Positions 13,189 through 30,771 of a stretch of DNA of 64,000 bases are shown in pieces. Every line of letters begins with the position of its first letter. Position 1 is the stretch's first letter. The translations under genes were made by a program, and so were the position numbers. This stretch comes from Bugula neritina (taxonomy: Eukaryota > Animalia > Bryozoa), in assembly GCA_964035545.1 (NCBI GenBank), contig OZ037765.1, positions 5,342,698 to 5,406,697 of the forward strand. Direction: 5' to 3'. The notes beneath the pieces are model-generated. The model made no database searches. It was not told where the DNA came from and saw only the letters and a list, made by a program, of their open reading frames with translations.

Positions 13189-14707
13189 GTTTTAGCAAAT
13201 AGTTTAAGCAAAAATAGACAATTATTTTAGCATAAAAGTGTTCTGATAACTCTAACTTTTGCTCAATGAACAACTTAAAACATCAGATAAAGTTTTGCGC
13301 AAAATGAAAGTTGATGGTTTGCAGGATAAACATCGAGAGGGAACTTGATTGTTGCGCGTGCCGACTTTACCCGCTCAACTCGTAATCTAGCACGTGATCC
13401 AAGTTTTTTTACGATTGGGGAGTAATATGTACGTACTCGTATATTATAGTTCATACACATTTTTAAGTAATTATACGTGGGTTATAAAATAGTTTTCGCC
13501 AGCGGATTTCATATTTGCAAGGTTGGATAACTCTGTTACTGTCTCTGTTGTGTAGCAATGCTTGATGTAATTAATAGCCATTACTTAAATATATTATATA
13601 GTTGGTGTTGCATCGTTGCAGAATTGCTGTTAAACAAAAATTAAAGATATCGACTACATTGAATGTAACATAGAAATACACAATATTATTATCCTGTTAA
13701 AGTAAAAACCGTAGCAAACATGCAATCGGACAAACTTACATTACACACAGGTAATACTAATATCGAAAGCATGTTATCCACATTGTCTCTCAACCAAACG
13801 TAGCTCACAATACAAAGTAATTTGTAATCTTTGGAGTCAAAACATGTAATTATATTGTATATCAATACAAAAGCAAGTTTGACATATTGAGTATGCACCA
13901 AAGACCTGTGCCATAAGCAGCCAGTGAACAGGCGTTAACATATTGCAAATCAAATAATACAAATTATTGTGATGGATTTTCCCTGCGACAGCCTTTTATA
14001 GAGGTAGTTTGTTATTATCTGAAGTCAGCCAAACTTTTTGAGTTATGACTTAGAAGCTGCAGCTACAAATACACTTGGCATTTTCTACTTTTATATCAAT
14101 ACAAAGATGAAATTATGAAATCAATTTCGTCAACATATTCTTTAGTAGCTACTTATCAATTTGAAAACTGTGATATAACACAAGTACAGCAACTAGAAAT
14201 GATTTGATAAAATTTCAATTGCAGAATATTTTATACCCAAGACAAAACTATTGGAAATAGGAAACAGTCATATTATACACTTGATTGTATTTTATTAAAA
14301 ACATGTAGTGAAAATATACAGATTGTATTTACATAGCAGTTAATTTGTAAGTAAAAAGTCGAGCTATTATCATGCAACACAATTTCCAGCAATAAATCTA
14401 AAAACATGACTAATCCACAACCCTTAAAAATAAAAATACTAAATTCTAATTGCAGCCCTATGTACTATTATTCCGTATATACATAGAAAGATTTCATAAG
14501 CATACAAGATAAAAATTGGCAAGTTTCAACTAAAAAGACAATGTTACTTATTGCACAAAACCATTGGCTTTCCGATAACAAATTCAAAAATTTATAAAAG
14601 TTAAGAAAGACATTTTTACCATAGAACAATGTAAAAAACTGAGCAAAGATTTGGTCCCCAAGGTAACAATGCGACTATATACAATAATTATGGTGATTAA
14701 AAGTCTG

Positions 14708-20598
<5,891 letters not shown>

Positions 20599-21618
20599 GT
20601 AACTAACTATAAAATATATCTTCCACTTTTTATTTTGTTTAAACTTTAGAAAATACTGCTGTGTGCACAAGTTTATTAAAAAAAATTATTTATGAGAGAT
20701 TTCAGTGAAAAATCTAATTTGGTTAAAAACATAGCGTCAAAAAAGGCTACCATTGCTACTAAGGTGTTAATGCTGAACTAGTAATTGACTATACTTTATA
20801 CTCTATAGACATAGTGATACTGATAGTGATACTCATAGTCTAAAACTATAAAGTTCTATAAAATTAGTATTACTATACTAATACTTATATAAATTGGAAT
20901 TACATCACAACGTCACTATCAAATTCCATATGATTGTCATTGTGATATTCATATTGAATTTGTTATTCGATTTTGATATTAGCTAGTAATTAGCATTTAT
21001 TTTTAATTTTCAAGATTTATTAGCTCAATTATTAGGCTTAACTTTAACTCATCAACCTCAGGCTCATGTTCATATTAATATAAATATAAGCAGTTAAACT
21101 CAATATACTTATTCTTAAAGTTTAAACTAAGTATATTTATAATTATTAATATTATTTTAATTTATTTTTAAATTTTATATTATAACAATTTTATTTTTAG
21201 TCAAGTTCAACTGGTTATAATTTATATCAATATAAACATGAGATCGATGATAAATCTCACATTCAACAATTAAAAATATATAAAGCTGCACACAGTTTGC
21301 GTATTAGTAAACACAGCTGATTAGCTTTTGTTAAATTCGATGAAACTGTATAGATTGAGTTTGAGAACTATTTAAAATAAAAAAAATTTGCGTGAATGAA
21401 GTTTCGGAAGTAAAAATGTTGAAAAGTTGTTCAGCATTAGATAGTCATAAATTCAGTTTTTTTCTTAAAATAATGAAAAAATGTAAAATCTGTCAAGAAA
21501 AATATTTATAAAATGGTATTAGTCAGGTTGACAGTACTATCAATTTATTAAGATTCAGATTGTTAGATGCGTTGTGATTCGTAACCTCAGCAAAATTAGA
21601 ATATATTGAAAGCCGCCT

Positions 21619-21730
21619 AAAGCAACACCAAGTTGGTAGGCATAGAGTGCATTGGGTGGAGGGTTTGGAACTTTGGTCGATTTAATTTATACGACCCTTG
21701 TACTTAGTCCCCTGCAAACTGGTGCTGTTT
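21619..21730. mobile_element. Possible short MITE in the CHEK2/NCOA4 intergenic region
   Basis: Imperfect ~22-bp inverted ends AAAGCAACACCAAGTTGGTAGG / CCTGCAAACTGGTGCTGTTT; only one copy in the window. Confidence 0.35.
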
Positions 21731-22594
21731 CTAGAAAATTTTAAATATTTGCGCTAATGAACTCGAACTCCATCTATATGAGAGTTATTATTCAGTGCTT
21801 TGATGTGATGGTCTACTAGGCCACAGACGTAATACTTGCAATTTTTAATTAAGATATCGGGCTATATCTAGAATTCCCAACGGATATAAACAAAACCCAC
21901 GGATCAGCTGTTCAGTTGTAACTGGGCTTTTTATAATTTATATTATAATTTATAATTTATATTATCATTATTATCTTGGCCAGTTTTGCAATATACTTTC
22001 AGGTAAGTTGATTAACATAATTTCACTACACATTTTTAGTGTTGGTAACTTATTTTCTACCTTATTAACATTATTTGAAGATAGATATCAGGAGTTTTCT
22101 AACGCGAGGAATGGTCACGTACGCAATTTTTCATGAGCGAATTAATCAATCAGAACATCATTTTTCATTATATGGAAATAATTTCGGCTGATTTCTTTTG
22201 GATTCATTATCAGTATCACATTTAATTTTAGGAATAGTAGTTTGTTATTTAGTTTTATGGAAATATTTATGTATACAGGGAATTTTTTACTTGGTAAATA
22301 ACCAAATTATTCTTACTCCTAGTCCTACTCTTGTCTCTTAGTCTTACTCTTAGCATTACATTTACAGTAATACTATTTTAATCCTAGTACAGTATTACTA
22401 ATAGTAATAAATTACTAATATCTAATAGTAATGCTAATCAGTAATAATAATATACTTAATCTTGGACTTATACTTATAGACTTTATAGTTTATAGTATTA
22501 GTTGTACTTACACTGATTACAAATTTGTTATTAATAAAATTTAGTGATATTACCAATACTACTTACTTGTATATGGTTCACAGTTCACCCTTAA

Positions 22595-22685
22595 GGTTGA
22601 AATTCTTGTAAAAACATAACTTCTATTGCTACATTTTTAATCTAGGACCGGTGGCTTTTCTCAATTTCTCCGTTACTGCACCTAC
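22595..22685. mobile_element. Right half of the ~160-bp MITE family
   Basis: GGTTGAAATTCTT...ATAACTTCT...TTACTGCACCTA. Confidence 0.65.
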
Positions 22686-22743
22686 CTCTAGTTCTGTTGG
22701 TAATCTGATTTATAATGCTATTTTAGTATTATAATTTTCAATA

Positions 22744-25700
22744 ATGGAAGACAGTGGCAACATTCGAACTTTAGTCTGCCAGCGAATTGCTGAGGTAGAA
22801 GATGCTATGAAGTGTTTACAGAATTCCCGGAAGTCTCTTCTTTGCCAGGCATATGAAGTAAGTGTACTTCTAGCTGATTAATTGATGCAAACGGTGACAC
22901 GACATTTCGAAAATGACAATTGAAAAGCACCTATTTGGAAAATGGACAGTTAGAAAATGAACAATTGGAAAATTGGAAAATAGATATTTGAAAAATGAAA
23001 AATATTCAACATGGTCTAGTCCTGAGAGGTTGTCTAGTATCTGGTCAATTCTAAAATAGCATTTAAAGATAAATATAATGGCCAAATCAGTTAGGCTATC
23101 ATGGAAGTAGAATTAGTTACCGAGCAGTTCTAATTTGAAGTTGTTCACATTTACAAAAAGATTTTTGAACCCGACCAGATACTAAACGCCCCCTCTGGAC
23201 TAGGCCATGTTGAATATTCTTCATTTTCCAAATGTCATTTTCCAAATTTCTATTTTCCAATTGTCCATTTTTTAATTGTGCATTTTCCAAATAGGTGTTT
23301 TCCAATTGTCATTTTCCAAATAACGCGGATTCGGTGTAAACAACAGCTTAATGTCTAAAGAATTGGCAGAAAGGGCCATATTTTAGCTTTTTTTATTATT
23401 TCATAGACCTGCCACTTATTGCTATACAAGTTGTCTTGTTTTTACTTTAATTCAATTTTGTAGTTGGATTTAATTTGTTTTCATTTAATGACGATGCAGG
23501 CAAAGCAAAGCATACTAAATGCCTTCATTAATCAAAGAAATGACATACACAAGCACGAGATGAAGCTGCTTATGGAGGTTGACAGCCTGCTACAGAGTAA
23601 GGATGATGCAGTGATGACTCAGCTTAGCAAGTTGAACCAGGTGCTTGGTTGTCTGAGAAACTGTTTGGAAAGTCCTCACCCTTGTGGGGAGTGCCTAGAA
23701 AAGTGAGTCTAACTGACAGCTGCATATAACTATAGCTTTGATGTCTGTCGTTATGCATATGCATTTGCTTGTACGTTGCCAAACATGGAAATAAGTTGTT
23801 TTACAACCATTTTTGATGAAGTTGGTGAAGAAAAAAAATCTTCGAAATAAAATTTTTGATATAAGACTTAGCATAAAGGTGTATGCTGAAATCAGATATA
23901 TTTGTCATTTTCTTGCAATTTTTAGCACATACTAAGTTTTGTCACATATAATGCGTATTGCACTTCTATAAATTAGAATGTGTTAATAATAAAATACATT
24001 ATGGCTCACAGCAATAAATATAAAGTCTAGTTGCTACTCTCCTTTGATCATTTAGGTATGACGACCTCGATATGGCCTCAGTAAAAGAAGTTGATGCAGA
24101 TTTTTCATCAGCCAATGAGAAACTTCAAGACACTCTAAAAAGCTGCACCCAATTCTCTACTATTTCTACAGGCACAGACATGCTGGTATGTTTTTTATTG
24201 AAGACAAATTGCATCAGAAATTGTTGAGCTTTATATAGACCAGATACCAGCAGTGTTGCTGCATGGAGTCTACTTTGATGTTCATAAAATATTATAATTT
24301 ATTAAGCTCATGTATTCGCTGATACCTTTTCACACTTATAATATGGAGTTAACATCCTTACTGATTACCATGTGACCAAACCGTGACTTTTGATTAATCA
24401 CTTTCTAGTAGCTGACAGTTCCAAATTTTTTCAAGATTATTTGTTTTGATTAGTATTTATACGACTTTACTACAGTTACATATATCCGTAATACACAAAA
24501 CTAATAGCCACCAGGGACTGTATTGAATATATTGGATTGCGTAACCCTTGCATCAGCATCGTATATCGTAGTAGTGTGTATTGTTCATGAGCATGTGTAG
24601 CCGCATCACGTTTACCCAGTGTTACTGTAGACATGTTGTGCACTATTTACTGTGATTATAAATAGTATTTACGTGTCACCTAGATACCAGATGCTAGGAC
24701 CAGTGATTGATAGGCTTAGTCAAGTTGATAGTTCTGTTTACAAAAGTTACTCTATGTCATGTATGTAGCAATAGCGTTATTACTTCACAGCAGAGGCAGT
24801 TGAGTGACGTTGGCACTACGCAATGGCTTCTCACCCCCTCCAACAACCATACATGGGGTAAATATAACTGCCCAGACAATGAGGATGTGATCTCAGCCGA
24901 ATGGCTGCTCGAATACCATGCTAATGAAGGTAAGAAAATACCAGCAGACACCTGTTGAAGTTGTTTAGCTTCTTACAAGGTTTGATTTCAAAAAGTTTTA
25001 TGCTATTTCTCATGCTCTTCACATGTAGTTTATTGATTTTGCATTATGTTCATTTCATTTATAAATTGGCCTGTGGCCAATTCTCATATCTTGATTATTA
25101 TACTGTGAGTTTGAAATTATAAACCACAGCTGTGTTATTGCTGGTTATTGACCCTATCATGCATCCTACACGTGGTTATGTTTATTGTGAAACATGCCAT
25201 CAATACTGATTACTACAATCTTCTAGAGATTGTCAGCTTTTGTTGTTTGTTGTCAGGCATTGTATATAAAAGTGCTGGTAGTGGACAATACAGTGCATTG
25301 TCTTGCCTTTTTATTGTTGATTGGTTCAACCAATCAAATCAGTAGCTTTCTGTCTCTCTACTCTCACTATTTTACTTGCGGATCAACCAAGTGTGCAATT
25401 TCTGATTTTACGATTTATTTCTCATATTTGTAATCTCATCAGGTGTCAAAGCTAACGAGCATTTCACTAAAGTTAAATCTGAGGGAGATGGACAATGGCT
25501 GAACGAGTTTGCAGAGAGAGACAATTCCCTTTGCAATTACGCGATAAAGATATTTTCTGTTATTCTGCAACAGGACCTCGAGTGTTGGCTACAACAGCAG
25601 GTGAGATTGGCACTCTGTAGCTCATTTCCTGTATTATTGTTACTTATCTTCCCAACAGACACAAAAAGTGCATTGTTTAGATGATCTGCTATTCTATGCT

Positions 25701-26726
25701 ATATGAATACAAAAAGCCCATAATATGATTAGATAAGCTGCCTTCACTTGTTTAGTTATTGCTATTGACTCATTTCATTAGGACATTTAGGTGCAGTAAT
25801 GAAGAAATTTTAATAACCCAGGTTCTTTAAGTTTCTCAATAAATTTTAGTTTGGGGTGCGGGTTGAAATTCTTGCGAGAACATAACTTCTTTCGCTACAT
25901 TTTTAATCTCGAATTTTTTCCAATTTTCCCATTACTCTGAAAATTTGCGCACAGATTGTATAATATATTGTTTCAGTATTCCGCTGATGCTGACCTTTAC
26001 TCTGCTGCCGGTGATGGAGAGAGTGACTCGAGCAGCAGCACTTCCTCCCTGGGCAGCTCTTGCATCATACTGCCTAGCACTGCTACTTCTGAGAACGGCA
26101 GCTGTTACTCACCTCCCGCTTCTCACTTGTTCCCGTCAGACAAACGCTGCGCTTCTCCCGCGGAAGTTTCCGAGTGGATAGCATCTTGCCAAACCGACAG
26201 CAGTCCTTGGGTTTCTAGCTCAGCGCACTCCACAGTACCTTCTCGCCCATTGGCTAGTGATGATACTGGAGCTGAGGTGGCTGGCCTAATATGGCGGAAT
26301 ACAGATGAGTCAGAAAGCAGCTCGTTTATTCGTATTTCTCCGAGTAGTAACGATACGTGGCTGAGTGCGCCTAAGATAGAGCTTCTTGAGGAGGATTGGC
26401 AAGATGAAAAATATGATGCTTCTGCTAAAATGGAGGAAGATGTTTGGCTGTGCAGGAAGTTTGCTTCTGCTTGTGAGCTCGCAGGAGAGAGTTGGTTGCG
26501 GCAGCAATCTGAAAAGCAGACTCCCAGCTGGTTGGCTGACAGATCTAAGAGTGGCGTGAAAAGTGCTGCTTATGCAATGGAGAAAAATGATTGGTTGTTT
26601 GGTGATGAGAAAGTAGATCCCATCAGCGAGAAAGTAGAAACAGAATCAGTTGACAAAGAATGGCTTTTGGTCAAAAAACAGCTAAATAAAATTTCATCCA
26701 GCCCTAACTCTATGTGGCTTGCGTAG
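22744..26726 (+). CDS. NCOA4: Nuclear receptor coactivator 4 / ARA70-like (ferritinophagy receptor family)
   Basis: Phase-consistent exons 22744-22857, 23500-23702, 24056-24185, 24791-24929, 25443-25600, 25977-26726. N-terminal coiled coil AKQSILNAFINQRNDIHKHEMKLLMEVDSLLQSKDD...LNQVLG resembles the ARA70 domain; repeated xWL motifs are typical of the family. Confidence 0.78.
22893..23332. mobile_element. Foldback / Mutator-like non-autonomous element in an NCOA4 intron
   Basis: ~140-bp TIRs built of GGAAAAT subrepeats; G...C termini; imperfect 9-bp TSD GATGCAAAC (22884-22892) / GGTGTAAAC (23333-23341). Confidence 0.75.
25788..25937. mobile_element. ~160-bp MITE family copy
   Basis: Starts TAGGTGCAGTAATG; same core as the 9858 copy. 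Confidence 0.7.
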
Positions 26727-27048
26727 TTCTTCATGGTGGAACATTCTAGTTGCGTTAGAGGTTGAGAAAGTTATTGAAATGTTGTATGCTATCATTTACT
26801 TATTTACTTGTTTAGTGTATAATTATTTAATTTCTGGTAAAAATGTTTATGTTTTGAATACAGCTACTACTATCATTATGCTTTAATTTTTTTATGTTAT
26901 CAGTATTTAGAATGATCTTAGACCTTCTCTCTATTTGTAACCTATAGTACAGTTTTATTATTTTTCCAAGGAGTAATGGTGTAGGCTGCTTCTAATATTT
27001 CTTAGCCATGAAACTCACAAAATAAAAAATAAATTAAAAAGAGCACAG

Positions 27049-30000
27049 TTATTGTAATGGGCCTTGGCTACTACCCATTTGTTCTATATTTTGACTCATC
27101 TGTGGTGGTAGTCTACTATACACTGGGTGTGGTGCGTGGTGGCCTTGTATAATGGGTATTGCCCCTTGCTGCCAATATGGGTTAATGTAAAAGGCTGGAA
27201 TCATCATACTTGGTCTGTGTTCTGCAAAGATTGGTGCGACAAACACCTGATGTGGAGTTGGCCGACTGTTCCAAGGGGCTAATTGTCTGCGGTGGGAGAA
27301 CTGGGGTGGAATCATTACTGTCTTGACTTGGTTGAAGTTAGGCTGTAGTTGCTTTTGACTTCCGGTGCCTATAAAACAGGATATTAGAAATGTTTAAATG
27401 ATTCGCCTTGTAACAGACCCTTGAATGTGGGGTAATATATCTATTGAAGTCCTGAAATCCTACTGGTGTTTATCAATGCAGTATAGTTTTTTTCTGTAAA
27501 ATGTCAGTAATTGATGATCACAAGCAAATGGGTTGCTAAAAACCAGCTACATAATCAAATGTTAGCTCAATTATTTAGTTATTTATGGTCAGAATTCTTT
27601 TTGAAAACAATATCTTAAAATTAAATAAAAACAGTAAATAAATAAATAAATATCCCCGCTACTCAACAGGACAGAGCAGAGATAGGCCTGAGGAGTGTAT
27701 ATAAACAACTGAAATTGCACCTATATAAGTTATTATTATAGCCATGTACAATGTCTGATATTCACTGAACCACCATTATTTTGTTTTTTAAAGATGCTAA
27801 GCAACCGCCTTCAAAGTTCAATCCAAATAATAATCTTTGCTAGCAGGAACACTCGCTTGTTTGCTTACTGATAGTACTATACAGTAAAATATGTGTAGTC
27901 ACCTGCATTTTGTAACATTTAAATGTCTAATTATGAAAAATAACATGATACAACTTCTATAAAATGATTTAATTTAAAAAATTGAAATGGCGGTATTTTC
28001 TTTTAATTACCAATTAGTAGGTAATTAATTTGTTGAACAAACTATTGCTATTATTATGCACTCTTTTTAATATTTTCAAAATGATAGTTATGGCAGTATG
28101 CCTTCATTACAAGCTATTAGTGCTATGTTGTATCACAAATACTATAGGGTTTATTCAATATATGTAATATGTTGTATGATATAAATATAGATACCTGGCA
28201 TAAGCACATCGGTGGTATTTGCTTCATCGTATGGGATATTGGGCAATCCACCAGGATCTGGCATGATTACATTTATTATTTTACCATCAGCTTTTGGTGA
28301 GAAGTCTATATCTTCAACCCATTTGCCCAAAACTCTGTGTGAATATATTTAACCATGCAGTTTATGACACAGTTAAAAAGGTAAAATGATCCAATAATAT
28401 CATCTCTTTTATTTGATATTGACTTATTTTGATTATTTTTTTTACTGGCTCAATACTATGCTAAGTCCTTACATTGCACTATAAGATTTAAAGTCCTAGA
28501 AAAATATAAATATGAATAAATTAGTTATATTATATGTGTATCTTTTGACATAAAACGTTTATTGAAAGAGAGCTAAATTGCTAACTTTATTAAACCATTA
28601 AGTTAAACAATTCAATTTTGATAAAATCTAATTTTACTATTTAAATCATGAGCACTTGCTTAACAAAATATGCTACATTTTACAAATATTTTGTTTATAA
28701 TAATATTTTACCGTTAATCTTTATTTATTATTACAAAAACTCAGCAAAAGATTCTGTTCAAAATTTGCAACAGATTTAGCGCCAAACACACAGTTGGAAG
28801 CATGCCAAATTTTTACTAACAATTGTTTGCTGTTTTATTTTTGTTATAAACATTATGGAGTAAAATTAATAGAATCAACTAAACCTAACCAATCTGTATC
28901 ATACCTGTCAAAGTATTGCCCAGGCTTCTCAATTCTGGGATACCCATCATAAACCCGGGACGGCTTTACAGGTGTCCCTTTATGAGTTACACTTCTTGAG
29001 CCATTGGTTTTGAAACAAAGTATTATGGCGAAGACAATTCCTATAAGTGATGCTACTCCGACAATTGCTGAAAATATCCATGAGTCATTTCAAATTATTT
29101 ATAACAGAAAAATTTGTACTTATGCGATTAATAAGCAGGCTACAAGATACAGCTACAAGAAACCATTGTTTTAATTTTACTTATTTATTGGAGCATTTCT
29201 GGCTAGATTGAACCAGAAAAATTCCTGCAATTATTTGTATAGATGAATTAAAGGCAAACATAATATAGATTAGTTAGTACTAACACATAAATTTATCAAC
29301 TGCTAATGCTACCAAACTTCAACTCTATATATTTTGAGTTTTTGATTTTAGGAGCATTGTCACAATTATTGCAGATAAGGCCTTGTGGCTACAAGTTTAA
29401 TTTAAATAACTTATGTTATATAATATGTATGCAAATAAACAGGGTTTCTGTAACTTGTATGTCAGTGACAAATGTAAAATATTGGAACTTGAGGAAAATT
29501 TGTATTACACAAGGAATTGAAGCATACTAGTAACTATACACTATTGCTATGTTTTATAATAAATTGCTGTCAATGATGTATCACAGGCACCAGCTTTATA
29601 TTATACCTTTCCTTTCAGTGATGACTTGATGTGTTTTATGATAAGAGATATGTTTAGTAAGATTCCTCAAAAAAATTGAAGGAATAAACGAAATATAGTT
29701 CGAGTAGCCCTAAAGTTTTGTCAAAATACTAATTGCCAACAACACTGTGCATTTTTAAATGACATGCAAAGCAGTGATATGGCCTTTATGCTACAGCGGA
29801 ATACTACTAACAGAGCCGAGACTAGCTACTGGGCAGACATGTTATATTGGTAAGTAAATCTGCTGTTTTTCAGGACACCAGCTTCATATAGCATGAATGT
29901 TAAGTAAATGCCCTATGTTATAGTTATTTCTTGTAAACTTAGAATTTACAGCTGTCACAAAAACTTTCACTACATTTATCCTTGTTAATTCATACAAGCC

Positions 30001-30257
30001 TACTCAAGGTAGTAAGGGTTGTGATCGTATGCAAGTATGATGAGCCTTAAGATAAGGCATGCCGCTTAATGTGAATCTATGTTTAGTTTCAACAAATTTA
30101 TATTAGTCAAGGTATTGGAGATGGTGCTAGAATAAACTACGACCACTAACAAATTTGAAAGCTAGGATTTTCACTTACCTATTGGCAGAAAAGGTTTAAT
30201 TTTACAGTTAAAAACATACTCTTCGTCATTACATGCAGTACTGTCATTCCATTTCAT
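27049..30257 (-). CDS. Uncharacterised 233-aa single-pass membrane protein with P/Q-rich tail
   Basis: Exons 30179-30257, 28905-29067, 28195-28334, 27049-27368 total 702 nt with matching phases. MKWNDSTACNDEEYVFNCKIKPFLPIAIVGVASLIGIVFAIILCFK (TM helix), then YDGYPR and a Pro/Gln-rich C-terminus. Confidence 0.8.
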
Positions 30258-30771
30258 AATTACAAAAGCTTAACTCATTTTGTAATAATGTTATATACTT
30301 GAAATTGCTAGCAGCACATTGTTTTAACAGTTACTAAGATGTACAATGTGAAAGTCACTTTATGGAATTCACAAAAGAATCTTAAGATTTTGGAAACAAT
30401 TTTGCAGATTGTTGGACGAAAAAATAGTTGTTATAAATCTCAACAGAATAATTTGCTAGATGCTTATTGTTATGATGGCTATGATCTATATTATATGTAA
30501 AATGGCTAGATAGTGGCAATGTAGAATATAAAATTCAAGGCGTGGCTTTAAAGGAGACAATTATGTATAACAGCAATGTCCTTTATTAATAGACAAGATT
30601 TCTTTACACAATAATATTTCAGTTTACATTTGAAAAAATCACAAATTTATTAATTACCCATTAAGCAATATTACTCTATAATACTTATCATACAGCTACA
30701 AAATGAAATGTTTTCACATCATTATTCCTATATACACAATTTCAGCTGAATTGCCTGGTTTCCAGAAGACA

